From positions 16,011 to 80,010 of the forward strand of contig JAFXCQ010000021.1 of NCBI GenBank assembly GCA_017521425.1: a stretch of DNA of 64,000 nucleotides. The letters are read 5' to 3'. This DNA is from Clostridia bacterium (GTDB lineage Bacteria; Bacillota; Clostridia; Oscillospirales; Acutalibacteraceae). The position numbers and the translations under genes are program-made. Position 1 is the stretch's first letter. Every line of letters begins with the position of its first letter. This document shows, one piece after another, positions 54,100-64,000 of the stretch. The notes beneath the pieces are model-generated. The model ran no database searches, was not told the origin of the DNA, and saw only the letters and a list, made by a program, of their open reading frames with translations.

Positions 54100-55345
54100 A
54101 AGTAAGATTTCAATTCTTTTGAATAATAATAAATTTGTTTTTGTTGTTGCTTTTCTTTCATCAATAATAATTTGGCTTGCAGTTGCTATAAATGTTAGCC
54201 CTGAAACAACAAGAACAATAAACAAAGTAAAAGTTACTATTGATAATACAGTTCCTTCTCAATTTGGTCTTGAGGTTTTTGGTGATTCTGAATTTTATGT
54301 TGATGTTACAGTAAAGGGTAAAAAATATCAGATTTCTCCGGCAAACCTTTCTGCAGATGACATTGTTGTATTAGCGTTAACTAATAATGTTGATTCTGCA
54401 GGTAACAGAACACTTTTCTTAAAAGCTGAGCCAGCTACTGGCTCAAACGACTACACAATATCTTCAATTTCACAAAAAAGTATTGATGTTTATTTTGATG
54501 TACCAAAAACGATAAATATGGTTGTAGAGCCCGAGGTAATTACCGATGGTTTTGAAATTGTTGAAGAAGGTTTTGTTACAGGACCGGTTAATCTGTCAGA
54601 AACTTCTGTAACTCTTACAGGTCCTGCAACAGAAATTAACAAAATTGAAAAGGCGGTAGCAAGAATTGAACTCAGTTCTTCGCTTTCTTCAAATAAATCT
54701 GCTGATGCAGAAATTGTCCTTCTTGATGAAAATCATAAATCAAATTTTAAATTTGTAAAAACAAATATTAATACAGTGATTCTCACAATTCCTGTGCTTC
54801 GCGTTAAAGAGGTTGATACAACAGTACTCTTTAAAAACGCGCCAGATGAATATGTTTTAAATCCACTATCATTTACTGTTTCACCTTCAAGAGATTACTT
54901 TAATATTTCTGTTGATGAGTACGATAAAACAACTGAATTTTCAGTTGGTACAATTGATTTTAAATCTGTTTCACCTTCAAATTATATCTTTGAATTTTTA
55001 AGAGCAGATTTACCTGTTTCAGAACAAAGCAGAACTGAAAAGTTTATAGTAAAACTTGATGTTTCTAATCTTTCACAGGAATATTTTGTTATTGCAGGTA
55101 GTAAGGTTAAAGTTAATAATCCTGATAATCTTGACTACAGTGTTTCAGGGCTTAATAAGTCTGTTATGATTGTTGGTTCAGAAAAAGCATTGGAAAGTAT
55201 AACAGAAGATGATATAACAGTTGAAATTGATATTTCTTCGCTTAATATTTCTGCAGGTCAGACCACGACAGTTCCTGCAAATGTTACCGTTAAAAGTGCA
55301 AATTGCTGGGTTTACGGAACTTATACAGTAGAAGTATCTTTATAA
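54086..55345 (+). CDS. cdaR: CdaA regulator CdaR (YbbR-domain protein)
   Basis: GTG 54086 lies after AGAGGTGA and overlaps the cdaA stop. It has an N-terminal TM helix followed by repeated YbbR-like beta domains, in the conserved position after cdaA. Confidence 0.75.
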   Translation: MTTNKSKISILLNNNKFVFVVAFLSSIIIWLAVAINVSPETTRTINKVKVTIDNTVPSQFGLEVFGDSEFYVDVTVKGKKYQISPANLSADDIVVLALTNNVDSAGNRTLFLKAEPATGSNDYTISSISQKSIDVYFDVPKTINMVVEPEVITDGFEIVEEGFVTGPVNLSETSVTLTGPATEINKIEKAVARIELSSSLSSNKSADAEIVLLDENHKSNFKFVKTNINTVILTIPVLRVKEVDTTVLFKNAPDEYVLNPLSFTVSPSRDYFNISVDEYDKTTEFSVGTIDFKSVSPSNYIFEFLRADLPVSEQSRTEKFIVKLDVSNLSQEYFVIAGSKVKVNNPDNLDYSVSGLNKSVMIVGSEKALESITEDDITVEIDISSLNISAGQTTTVPANVTVKSANCWVYGTYTVEVSL

Positions 55346-55361
55346 ATTCGGGAGAAAATAA

Positions 55362-56723
55362 ATGAAATTAAAAAAAGTTTTATCGGTGATTATTGTTACA
55401 GTAATGCTTTTGAGCTTGTCCGGGTGTTCTCTTAATTTCTTTTCAACTGAAACACTCTTAAAGCCACCAGCACTCTCTGGTAAAAGTGGTGAAGTTCAGG
55501 AAGCATTCAATAAACTGATGAGTGGAAAAACATTTCTTTTAAAAACACCGACAAAGGGTGATTATAAATCGTCTTTTGTTCTTTACAATATTGATAGTGA
55601 TGAGGATGAAGAAGCGATTGTTTTTTATACTGATTCTTCAACGGATACAACCGTAAGAATTGCAGTTCTTGACTATGTAAATCGTAAATGGATTCTTGTT
55701 ACTGATATTAAAGGTTCAGGTAGTGGTGTTTATGATATTGCTTTCCCTGACCTTGATGGTGACAAGCTTCCTGAAATAGTGATTTCGTGGTCGCTTTTCG
55801 ATACAAAACTTACCAAGATGCTTACAGTTTATAAAGTGACACAAGCAACTAATAAAAGCTTTAATATTGAAACCCTCGCAAATGAGTATTTTAATGCTAA
55901 AGCATTTTTAGATTTGAATTCAAATGATATAAATGATTTAGTTATAGTGTATCTTGATGATGCGGCGGAGGTTCAGAACTCTTATTTCAGAGCATTTTCA
56001 ATTCAGAATAATTCTTCTATTGTTAAGTTTTGTGAAATTCTTCTTGATTCAACAATAACCTCTGTTTCTGCGATACATTCAGATGAAATAAACTTAAAGA
56101 ATGATTCATATACACGAGTTTTTATGGATTGCATAAAAAGTGATACTTCAATGTTTACAGAAGTTGTATCGTGGGATGTTGAGTCTCTTAAAGTAAAGAG
56201 GGAAATACCTGAGCCATCAAAAAACACTTTAAGAAGCGTGAAATTGCTTTCTCGTGATATTGATAGTGACGGAAAAATAGAAATTCCTGTAAACACTAAA
56301 TTTTTTACAGGTGAAAAGGCAGTTTCAGTTAGTTTATCGGGTGTGGTTTATAACTTCTCAATGGTAGAATGGAAGAATGTATCTGACGACAAAACTTCTG
56401 AAAAATTCAAAAGTGTTTATAATCCGATTCATTCTTATTTATTCAATTTTCCCTGGTCAGAAGATGTTACAGTAAATTTTGATAAAATTGAAAATCAAAC
56501 CAATTTCTGTATCTGGAATACTGATACTAAAGATGTTGAGGATATTCTCTTTACAATTAAATTTATTGAAAACAACGATAAATTAACAAGAGATATTGAA
56601 GATTTAGAAGAATACATTCTATTCCAGTCAGAAACTGGCTATTTTGTTTATGAAATGACACCTTATGGTGAAAACTATGGTATAACCGATGAGTTTATAA
56701 AAAATTCATTTATTAAAGTTTAG
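55362..56723 (+). CDS. Uncharacterised lipoprotein with FG-GAP/VCBS-like Asp-rich loops
   Basis: The signal peptide ends in the lipobox LSLSGC. It has DLDGDKLPEIVISW and DIDSDGKIEIPV calcium-loop-like motifs. Confidence 0.6.
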   Translation: MKLKKVLSVIIVTVMLLSLSGCSLNFFSTETLLKPPALSGKSGEVQEAFNKLMSGKTFLLKTPTKGDYKSSFVLYNIDSDEDEEAIVFYTDSSTDTTVRIAVLDYVNRKWILVTDIKGSGSGVYDIAFPDLDGDKLPEIVISWSLFDTKLTKMLTVYKVTQATNKSFNIETLANEYFNAKAFLDLNSNDINDLVIVYLDDAAEVQNSYFRAFSIQNNSSIVKFCEILLDSTITSVSAIHSDEINLKNDSYTRVFMDCIKSDTSMFTEVVSWDVESLKVKREIPEPSKNTLRSVKLLSRDIDSDGKIEIPVNTKFFTGEKAVSVSLSGVVYNFSMVEWKNVSDDKTSEKFKSVYNPIHSYLFNFPWSEDVTVNFDKIENQTNFCIWNTDTKDVEDILFTIKFIENNDKLTRDIEDLEEYILFQSETGYFVYEMTPYGENYGITDEFIKNSFIKV

Positions 56724-56734
56724 TAGGTGAGAAA

Positions 56735-57436
56735 ATGAAAAAAGTATTGATAGCAGAAGATGAGGCAGCAATCAGAGAAATAATTGCTATAACTCTCAAA
56801 AGAGCAGGTTACGAGGTAACTGAGGCGTGTGATGGTGAAGAGGCATTATTGTTGTACACAGAGCACGAAAATGAATTTGATGTTGTGCTTCTTGATATTA
56901 TGATGCCTAATATTGATGGTCTCGAGGTTTGTAAAAGACTTCGTAAAATCAGTAGCACTGTTGGTATTATTATGCTTACTGCTAAAACTCAGGAAATGGA
57001 CAAGGTATCAGGTCTTCTTATGGGTGCTGATGATTACATAACAAAACCATTTTCACCATCAGAGTTAATGGCACGTGTAGATAGTGTTTACAGACGAGTT
57101 GCAATGAATTCAAATCAGAACAACCAACAGGTTCCGGCAGACAAAATCAATATAGGACCTTTTGAACTCAATTTAAGAAACAGAACACTTTTCAAAAATG
57201 GTGTTCAGATTGAGTTGACTCAGGTTGAATTCCAGATTATAGAATTCTTTTTCTCAAATCCTGGTAAAGCACTCAGCAGAACAGATATTTTGAAACACGT
57301 ATGGGGCGAGTCATATTACGGTGACGAAAAAGTAGTTGATGTTAATATGCGTCGGCTCAGAATGAAAATTGAAGATGAACCATCTTTACCAAAACATCTT
57401 GTTACAGTATGGGGAATGGGATATAAGTGGAATTGA
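56735..57436 (+). CDS. OmpR/PhoB-family response regulator
   Basis: The receiver domain has LIAEDE, LLDIMMP and LTAK. The winged helix has LT.VEFQIIEFF and VDVNMRRLRMKIE. Confidence 0.9.
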   Translation: MKKVLIAEDEAAIREIIAITLKRAGYEVTEACDGEEALLLYTEHENEFDVVLLDIMMPNIDGLEVCKRLRKISSTVGIIMLTAKTQEMDKVSGLLMGADDYITKPFSPSELMARVDSVYRRVAMNSNQNNQQVPADKINIGPFELNLRNRTLFKNGVQIELTQVEFQIIEFFFSNPGKALSRTDILKHVWGESYYGDEKVVDVNMRRLRMKIEDEPSLPKHLVTVWGMGYKWN

Positions 57437-58950
57437 TTCGTAAAAGATTTGATAAAATTAAATCCTTTTTTCAACCAGAGGGTATAACAAAGCGATGGAT
57501 GACAAATACGCTTTTGGTTACTGCAGTAATCTTAGCAATAATTCTTGCGATTTCTGTTTATGCAGTTGCAAGTTATTACAGAACGTATGCCTCCAATGTT
57601 TTGTTCAGTTATGCAAATGATAGTGTTACAACATTCTTTTCACCATATTTAGATGGTACAGAAGAATCCTTTCAGGAAAAATCAATGGAATTTGTTGAGA
57701 ATTTTACTGATAAATCCAAGGTTGAAGTAATGGTAATAGACAGACATGGTAGAGTTGCAGTTTCATCATCTGGATTCGCAGTAGAAGAAACTATGAAAAG
57801 TATGGATGATGTAACTGATGCTATGGAATCAAAAACTGGTATCAGCAGTTGGGCAGGGTTTAATGAAAATGGTGAACACGTTATGAGTGTTGCTATGGTT
57901 TTTCCGACTTCTGATGGTAACTTTAAAGGTGCGGTAAGATTTGTTACTTCGCTTTCAAGCATTGACTCACAGATTTATGGCTTTGTTGCAATAGTTTTTC
58001 TTATTTATATTATAGCTTTGGCATTCGTTATGGTGTCCGGTTCATTCTTTATTAAGACTATTGTTGTTCCTGTAAGAAAAATTAATGACGCAACAAAGGA
58101 ATTTACACAGGGTAATTTTGATGTCCGAATTGAGCTTGCAGGCAACGAAAAGGACGAAATTAACGAGTTAGCAGAGTCAGTTAACAATATGCTTAATGAA
58201 GTGTCCGCGACCGATAAAATTAAAAATGACTTTATTACAACTGTTTCTCACGAATTACGAACACCTTTAACAGCAATTAAGGGTTGGGGTGAAATGCTTC
58301 GTGAATTAGGTCCTGATGATATAGAGCTTGCAAAACGTGGTACTGAAATTATCATTAGTGAATCTGAAAGATTGTCACAGTTAGTTGAGGAACTTCTTAA
58401 CTTCTCAAGAATACAGAATGGTACGCTTTCTTTAAGACTTGAAAAAATAGACGTTTTAGCAGAGCTTGATGAAACAATATTTGTATTCAAAGAGCGTTCA
58501 AAACGCGACGGTATAGAGCTTACTTATTCTGCACCAGAATTACCTGCACCAATGATGGCAGACCCTAACAGAATAAAACAAGTTTTTGTTAATATTCTCG
58601 ATAACGCATTTAAATACACTGAAAGCGGTGGTATGGTAAGTGTTGAGGCATATATTTCAGAAGGAGATTTAATCATTCAGGTTCTTGACACAGGTTGTGG
58701 AATAGCACAGGAAGATTTACCGAATGTAAAAATGAAATTCTTTAAAGCAAATCTTCAGGTACGTGGCTCTGGAATTGGTCTTGCAGTTGTAGATGAGCTT
58801 ATAAAAATGCATAATGGTACACTCGATATACAAAGTAAGCTTGGTATTGGTACAACTGTTACAATTGCTTTACCGGTTGAAGTGGTCGAGGTTCAGAATG
58901 AAGATAGTTTAATCAATGAGATTATAGGAGAAGATATATCTGATGTCTAA
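57427..58950 (+). CDS. Sensor histidine kinase (2 TM, extracytoplasmic loop, HAMP, HisKA, HATPase_c)
   Basis: It has the H-box SHELRTPLTAIKGW, the N-box NILDNAFKYT and the G-boxes DTGCGI and GSGIGLAVV. It overlaps the response regulator gene by 10 nt. Confidence 0.9.
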   Translation: MELIRKRFDKIKSFFQPEGITKRWMTNTLLVTAVILAIILAISVYAVASYYRTYASNVLFSYANDSVTTFFSPYLDGTEESFQEKSMEFVENFTDKSKVEVMVIDRHGRVAVSSSGFAVEETMKSMDDVTDAMESKTGISSWAGFNENGEHVMSVAMVFPTSDGNFKGAVRFVTSLSSIDSQIYGFVAIVFLIYIIALAFVMVSGSFFIKTIVVPVRKINDATKEFTQGNFDVRIELAGNEKDEINELAESVNNMLNEVSATDKIKNDFITTVSHELRTPLTAIKGWGEMLRELGPDDIELAKRGTEIIISESERLSQLVEELLNFSRIQNGTLSLRLEKIDVLAELDETIFVFKERSKRDGIELTYSAPELPAPMMADPNRIKQVFVNILDNAFKYTESGGMVSVEAYISEGDLIIQVLDTGCGIAQEDLPNVKMKFFKANLQVRGSGIGLAVVDELIKMHNGTLDIQSKLGIGTTVTIALPVEVVEVQNEDSLINEIIGEDISDV

Positions 58951-59914
58951 AGAAAATAAGAAGATTTCAATTGGTGGTCAGGCTTTAATTGAGGGCATAA
59001 TGATGCAAGGCCCAAAAGGCGCTGCTATGTCTGTCCGCCTACCAAGTGGCGAAATTGAAACTGAACAGCTTGAATTAAAGAAGTTGAAGGATAAATTTAA
59101 ACCAGCAGGGTGGCCTTTAATAAGAGGTATTGTAAATTTTGTTGAGTCAATGTTATTTGGTTTTAAATGCATTGAAAAGTCAGCAGAAAAAGCCGGGCTT
59201 GATGATGAGAATATTCCTGAAGAAGAAATGTCTAAGCTTGATAAATGGCTTTCAGACCATTTTGGACCTAAAATGATTGCAGTAATTTCAGGTATTGCTA
59301 TGATATTGGGCTTTGGTCTTTCATTTTTATTGTTTGTTTATTTACCGACTTTTCTTGTTGATGTAGTAGATAAATATATTTTTAAAGATGCTTTAGCAAA
59401 TTTACATCCACTTTTTGAGGGTGTAATGAGAATGATAATATTTGTTTTTTATTTCTATCTCGTTTCTCTTATGCCGGATATAAAGCGTGTGTTTATGTAT
59501 CATGGAGCAGAGCATAAAAGTATTTTCTGTTATGAAAATGGTTTGGAGCTTACAGTTGAAAATGTTAAAAAACAATCTCGCTTTCATCCAAGATGCGGAA
59601 CAAGCTTCATTTTTGTTGTTATAATAATCAGTATTTTTATTTCCTCTGTGCTTGTTGTGTTATTCCCGACAATTGATGATGTAAGACTTGTATGGATTGC
59701 AATAAAATTACTAATAATACCTATAACAGTTGCATTCAGTTATGAATTTATTAAATATGCAGGTAGTCACGATAACATTTTAGTTAAAATACTTTCTTTC
59801 CCTGGTCTTATGATGCAACGAATTTCAACAAAAGAGCCGACAGATGATATTATTGAAGTTGGTATTGCTGCTTTAAAAGCAGTTTTACCAGATGACTTGG
59901 AGGACAATAATTGA
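58943..59914 (+). CDS. DUF1385 domain membrane protein (YqhQ-like)
   Basis: It has GGQALIEGIMMQGP, YHGAEHK and HPRCGTSF. It sits immediately upstream of prmC, as is common in Firmicutes. Confidence 0.8.
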   Translation: MSKENKKISIGGQALIEGIMMQGPKGAAMSVRLPSGEIETEQLELKKLKDKFKPAGWPLIRGIVNFVESMLFGFKCIEKSAEKAGLDDENIPEEEMSKLDKWLSDHFGPKMIAVISGIAMILGFGLSFLLFVYLPTFLVDVVDKYIFKDALANLHPLFEGVMRMIIFVFYFYLVSLMPDIKRVFMYHGAEHKSIFCYENGLELTVENVKKQSRFHPRCGTSFIFVVIIISIFISSVLVVLFPTIDDVRLVWIAIKLLIIPITVAFSYEFIKYAGSHDNILVKILSFPGLMMQRISTKEPTDDIIEVGIAALKAVLPDDLEDNN

Positions 59915-60753
59915 ATTTATACACATTTTTCAGAAATTCAGTAAATGATTTATCAAAAGCTGGGTGTGACAGTCCTGAATTTGATGTTCAGCAGTTGTTT
60001 GATTTTTGTCTTAATATAAATAAAACTCAGCTTCTTTTGAAAGCAAATGAAAAAATTAATGATATGAATCTTGATTTTTTCAACGAGTGTTTAGAAAAAA
60101 GGAAAAATCGCGTTCCACTTCAATATATTTTAGGCGAATGGGATTTTTATAAATACAAATTCAAGGTCGGTGAGGGTGTTTTAATTCCACGCCCTGAAAC
60201 TGAGATTATTCCTGATTATATTTACAACAAGTTTAAAACCAATCCGCCGAAGGTTGTGTACGATGTTTGTTCAGGTAGTGGTTGCTTAGGTTTAACTATT
60301 GCAAAGCTTTTCCCACTTTGTAAGGTTTATTCAATAGATATTTCAGATGATGCTATTAAGTACACGACACTTAACAAAGAGATTTTGCAAGCTGATAATG
60401 TGACAGTTTTAAAAGCTGATATGCTTGATGAAACCTCGCCAATCGGTTTACCATTTGCAGACATAATAATTTCAAACCCGCCATACATAAAAACTGATGA
60501 GTTAAATGATTTACAGAAAGAGGTTCAGTTTGAGCCCGCATTAGCACTTGATGGTGGTGAAGATGGTCTTGTTTTTTACAGAGCTTTGAAAAATAATTGG
60601 TTCCCGTTTTTAAATCGTGATGGTTTAATGATTTTAGAATGTGGCGAAAATCAGGCGAAAGATATTCTTGAGATTTTCCTTACTTCTGCAAAAGGTGCGA
60701 GAATAATTGAAGATGGTCAGGGAATTGAACGAATAGTAGTTTTAAAAAAATAA
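59911..60753 (+). CDS. prmC: Release factor glutamine N5-methyltransferase PrmC (HemK)
   Basis: It has PLQYILGEWDFY, IPRPETE, DVCSGSGCLG and the catalytic ISNPPY motif. Confidence 0.9.
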   Translation: MNLYTFFRNSVNDLSKAGCDSPEFDVQQLFDFCLNINKTQLLLKANEKINDMNLDFFNECLEKRKNRVPLQYILGEWDFYKYKFKVGEGVLIPRPETEIIPDYIYNKFKTNPPKVVYDVCSGSGCLGLTIAKLFPLCKVYSIDISDDAIKYTTLNKEILQADNVTVLKADMLDETSPIGLPFADIIISNPPYIKTDELNDLQKEVQFEPALALDGGEDGLVFYRALKNNWFPFLNRDGLMILECGENQAKDILEIFLTSAKGARIIEDGQGIERIVVLKK

Positions 60754-60769
60754 ATTGGAGTAGTTAGTA

Positions 60770-61441
60770 ATGATTAGTGTTATAAGACAAGTGATTTCAG
60801 GTCAGATGGATTTTATTTATCTGATTATATACTTAGGTGCAACTGCATACGTTGTTTTTTGCACATTACCATTGCACGAATATGCACACGCATTAGTGGC
60901 AGATAAGTTAGGGGATGATACCCCAAGAAGAATGGGCAGACTTACAATAAGCCCGATGGCACATATCAGTCCATTAGGTGCGTTAATGATATTCTTATGC
61001 GGTTTTGGTTATGCAAAACCTGTGCCTGTAAGAATGAAGAATTTTAAAAATCCTAAAAGAGATATGGCACTTGTAGCATTAGCAGGCCCTTTATGTAATA
61101 TATTACAAGCATTTATTTATCTGTTTTTATATTCTCTGATTACTTCATTTGAAGTTGCAAACCCGGCAATTGCTTATATAGCGCTTTTCTTTTTCTTTGC
61201 AGCAGATGTCAATATCGGTCTTGCGGTGTTTAATCTTCTTCCTATTCCACCACTTGATGGTTCAAGATTAGCAACTGCATTACTTCCTGCAAAATACTAT
61301 TACAAAATTATGCAATATGAAAGACAAATTACAATCGGTCTTTTCATTTTAATTATTACTGGTGTTTTAACTGCACCATTAAGCAAACTTTCAGATTTGT
61401 TAATGAATCTTATTTATGGAATAACACAACTTCCATTTTAG
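60770..61441 (+). CDS. Site-2 protease family (M50) membrane metalloprotease
   Basis: It has HEYAHALVA (HExxH) and FNLLPIPPLDGSR (the NxxPxxxLDG motif), with several TM helices. Confidence 0.85.
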   Translation: MISVIRQVISGQMDFIYLIIYLGATAYVVFCTLPLHEYAHALVADKLGDDTPRRMGRLTISPMAHISPLGALMIFLCGFGYAKPVPVRMKNFKNPKRDMALVALAGPLCNILQAFIYLFLYSLITSFEVANPAIAYIALFFFFAADVNIGLAVFNLLPIPPLDGSRLATALLPAKYYYKIMQYERQITIGLFILIITGVLTAPLSKLSDLLMNLIYGITQLPF

Positions 61442-61454
61442 AAAACGGTGAATT

Positions 61455-62174
61455 ATGGAAAAATTATCTTATAAATTAGAAGTGTTTGAAGGTCCAATGG
61501 ACTTGCTTCTGCATTTGATTACAAAGCATAAAATTGATATTTATGATATACCTATTGTTGAGCTTGTTGACCAGTACACAGAGTATGTTCGTGCTATGCA
61601 AGAGGAAAATATGGATATTGCAAGTGAATTTTTAGAAATGGCTGCAAGACTTGTTTATATTAAAACGGTTTCGCTTTTACCAGTATATGAGGATGCAGAG
61701 GAACAAAAAAATTTACTTACACAAGAGCTTATAGAGTATCAGGAATGTAAGCTTCTTGCACAGAAACTCGCTTGTATGACAACTGGATTTGATTATGTTG
61801 TAAGGGCAGTTCCCGAAGATGTTGAACCAGACCTTACTTATAAAAGATTACATGAACCATCAGAACTTTTAAAGGCATATGCTACTGTGGTTGGTAAGAA
61901 ATTAAGAAAATTACCGCCACCACTTGACTCGTTCAAAACAATAGTAGCAAAGAAAATTGTTTCTGTAGGTTCAAAAATAGAATCAATTATGAATGTATTA
62001 AAATCAAAAGGTAAACATAAATTATTTGATTTTTACAAAACTGCAACAAGCCGTTCAGATTTAGTTGCTTCGTTTTTAGCAATTTTGGAGCTTGCTAAGG
62101 ATAAGTCGATTTATCTTACAGGTGACGGAGAAGATATTCAAATTGAACTTTTGGAAGGAAATGAAAATACTTGA
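61455..62174 (+). CDS. scpA: Segregation and condensation protein A
   Basis: It has FEGPMDLLLHLI.KHKIDIYDIPI and a C-terminal winged helix (VASFLAILEL). scpB follows. Confidence 0.9.
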   Translation: MEKLSYKLEVFEGPMDLLLHLITKHKIDIYDIPIVELVDQYTEYVRAMQEENMDIASEFLEMAARLVYIKTVSLLPVYEDAEEQKNLLTQELIEYQECKLLAQKLACMTTGFDYVVRAVPEDVEPDLTYKRLHEPSELLKAYATVVGKKLRKLPPPLDSFKTIVAKKIVSVGSKIESIMNVLKSKGKHKLFDFYKTATSRSDLVASFLAILELAKDKSIYLTGDGEDIQIELLEGNENT

Positions 62175-62797
62175 TAGAGAAAAAATTATTAGCGATTGCA
62201 GAAGCTGTTCTTTTTGCTGCTGCAGAGCCGATTGAACACACAAGACTTTCTATAGTTTTAGGTACTGATAGTGAAGTTACATTAGAGATATTAGATATTT
62301 TAAAAGAAAAATACGAGCAGGAAGAAAGTGGATTATGCCTTTTGAAGCTTGGTAGTAAATATCAGCTTTGCAGTAAAAAGGAATACATAAACGAAGTTCG
62401 TGCAGTTCTCGATTTAAAACGAAATACTCCGCTTTCACAGGCCGCTTTTGAAGTTCTTGCAATTATTGCTTACAACCAACCAATAACGAAACCATATATC
62501 GAACAGATTCGTGGTGTTGATTGTTCTGGTGTTGTAAGTACACTTTGTCAACGTGGTCTTATTGAAGAAAAAGGTCGTTTAGAAGTACCAGGCAGACCTG
62601 TACTTTATGGTACAACTGATGATTTTTTAAGATGCTTTTCGCTCAGTGCTTTATCTGAACTTGAAGAATTACCAAATGTTGACAAGCAGGTTCTTATGTC
62701 AGATATTGATTCTGGTCAGTTGTCGCTCTTTGATAATGGTGATAGTGACCCAGAGGTTAATAAAGAAGATAAAGAGCCGGCAACAGCTACAGAATAA
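62171..62797 (+). CDS. scpB: Segregation and condensation protein B
   Basis: It has IAEAVLFAAAEPI, LSQAAFEVLAIIAYNQPITKPYIEQIRGV and GRPVLYGTTDDFL. Confidence 0.9.
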   Translation: MIEKKLLAIAEAVLFAAAEPIEHTRLSIVLGTDSEVTLEILDILKEKYEQEESGLCLLKLGSKYQLCSKKEYINEVRAVLDLKRNTPLSQAAFEVLAIIAYNQPITKPYIEQIRGVDCSGVVSTLCQRGLIEEKGRLEVPGRPVLYGTTDDFLRCFSLSALSELEELPNVDKQVLMSDIDSGQLSLFDNGDSDPEVNKEDKEPATATE

Positions 62798-62830
62798 AAT
62801 ATTATATTATTTTCTTTTGAAAGGAGGGGT

Positions 62831-63580
62831 TTGGTGACAGCATTGTACATAATTTTAGGAATTGTACTTTTTTTCGTAATTTTATTTTCTTTAAAAGTAT
62901 CAGTTATTGTTGAAATGACTGATGTAAATAAGGTTGTAATAAAATATCTGTTTTTTAAATTTACTGTGGTTGATTCATCAAAACCTCCAAAAGAGAAGAA
63001 ACCTAAAAAAGAAAAAAAGAAGACAGAAGATACTACTGCAACTGAACAAACTGAAACGACTTCTCAGCAACCTGAAAATAATAAACAGAGTAATAATTTT
63101 TTCAAACAGTTATATATTGACCATGGCTACGATGGTATTGAAAAAATGCTTTTGGCAGTAAGAGATTCTTTGAGTTCATTTTTTGCTAAGTTATATAAAA
63201 CATTTACTATAAATGAGTTTTATCTCACTATGCATATAACTGGTAGTGATGCAGCAGATACTGCTATTAAATATGGTAAGCTGTCTGCATGGTTATTTCC
63301 TTTGTTAGGTAAGGTTGCTTCAACCTGTAAAATGAAAAAATATGATATTGATATAAGTCCGGATTTTCTTGGTGTTAAAAATCAGGCGGATTTATATTTA
63401 GATGTATCTGTTGTTCCAATAAGAATTACAAATGGAGTAATTATTCTTGCACTACAATTGGTATTTAAAGTGTTATTAAAGGTTCTTTTTTCAAACAAAA
63501 ATGCAAAAAAGAGCGTTAATATAAAAAATAAAACAACAGCTGAAAATTCAGATGTTGAACACGAAAGTCAAAAATTATAA
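62831..63580 (+). CDS. DUF2953-like membrane protein (YtfI-like, sporulation associated)
   Basis: It has an N-terminal TM helix and a K/E/T-rich low-complexity linker. Its position immediately upstream of ytfJ matches the ytfI-ytfJ pair of spore formers. Confidence 0.5.
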   Translation: MVTALYIILGIVLFFVILFSLKVSVIVEMTDVNKVVIKYLFFKFTVVDSSKPPKEKKPKKEKKKTEDTTATEQTETTSQQPENNKQSNNFFKQLYIDHGYDGIEKMLLAVRDSLSSFFAKLYKTFTINEFYLTMHITGSDAADTAIKYGKLSAWLFPLLGKVASTCKMKKYDIDISPDFLGVKNQADLYLDVSVVPIRITNGVIILALQLVFKVLLKVLFSNKNAKKSVNIKNKTTAENSDVEHESQKL

Positions 63581-63609
63581 TTTAAAATAAAAAAGGATGG
63601 TGCTTAAAA

Positions 63610-63996
63610 ATGGAAAAATCAGCAAATGGTATTTTAAAAACTACAATTGAAAAGGTAAGAGATTTAGTAGATGTCAGCACAATTATCGGTGAGCCTATAA
63701 ATCTTCCTGATGGTCTTACAATTGTTCCTGTTTCAAAGGTTACTTATGGTTTTGCTTCAGGTGGTTCAGACTTCCCATCAAAAAACAATGTTGAGCTTTT
63801 TGGTGGTGCAGGTGGTGCCGGTATCACAATCAATCCAGTTGCGTTTCTTGTTGTAAAAGATGGTGATGTTACAATTAAACATATCACAGCAAACGATAAC
63901 GCTGTTGAAAGAGCGGTAACAATGGTGCCAGAAATGTTCGATAAGGTTACAAGCTTTGTAAGCAAAAGTAAAGAAGATAAAACAAAAGCAGAATAA
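63610..63996 (+). CDS. ytfJ: GerW/YtfJ family sporulation protein
   Basis: It has IIGEPINLPDGLTIVPVSKVTYGFASGGSDF and GGAGGAGITINPVAFLVV, typical of YtfJ/GerW. Confidence 0.85.
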   Translation: MEKSANGILKTTIEKVRDLVDVSTIIGEPINLPDGLTIVPVSKVTYGFASGGSDFPSKNNVELFGGAGGAGITINPVAFLVVKDGDVTIKHITANDNAVERAVTMVPEMFDKVTSFVSKSKEDKTKAE

Positions 63997-64000
63997 CTTA

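Noticed and set aside
1-64000. Prophage, transposon or integrative element content
   Set aside because: I recognised no integrase, transposase, recombinase, or phage structural or replication genes in any frame. The only mobility hints are the short repeat families reported above.

Overview
This is a 64-kb chromosomal window from a low-GC Firmicute. It is most likely class Clostridia, an inference from the AT-rich sequence, many TTG/GTG starts, ytfI/ytfJ-like sporulation genes, dgt-dnaG-sigA, cdaA-cdaR, scpAB and the REP-like intergenic repeats. I support about 60 protein-coding genes. I recognised no rRNA, tRNA, CRISPR array, transposase or integrase. Most genes are housekeeping: pckG fragment, pcrA, trmK, nif3, rqcH, prfA, a Sua5-CoaE fusion, feoAB, rpmE, yigZ, dgt, dnaG, sigA, asnS, ispF, cysteine desulfurase, cdaA/cdaR, a two-component system, prmC, scpA/scpB and ytfJ. 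Minus-strand blocks carry carbohydrate and accessory functions: GH5 plus metallophosphoesterase, SGNH plus GH36 alpha-galactosidase plus Fe-S aldo/keto reductase, AGE epimerase plus a kinase-like protein plus a membrane protein, polysaccharide deacetylase, two FAD oxidoreductases and a sulfatase. The stand-out locus is 26.4-32.2 kb. It is a same-strand cassette of two paralogous zinc-ribbon TIR-domain proteins (one soluble, one with three C-terminal TM helices) flanking a YdjI-type SPFH protein with three C-terminal zinc ribbons and a 4-TM protein. REP-like repeats precede it and a single strong terminator closes it. I propose it as a candidate uncharacterised membrane-associated TIR immune or signalling system; a PspA-less ydjGHI-like envelope-stress module is the main alternative. 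Secondary points are: a blaI/blaR1-type cassette with a perfect dyad operator, a ~730-aa non-PBP sensor domain and imperfect inverted repeats on both sides; a REP-like hairpin repeat family; an in-frame stop in a DivIVA-like gene; a possible homopolymer frameshift in a DUF47-like gene; and a seamless Sua5-CoaE fusion. All protein calls rest on motif recognition by eye from the supplied translations. No database search was run.
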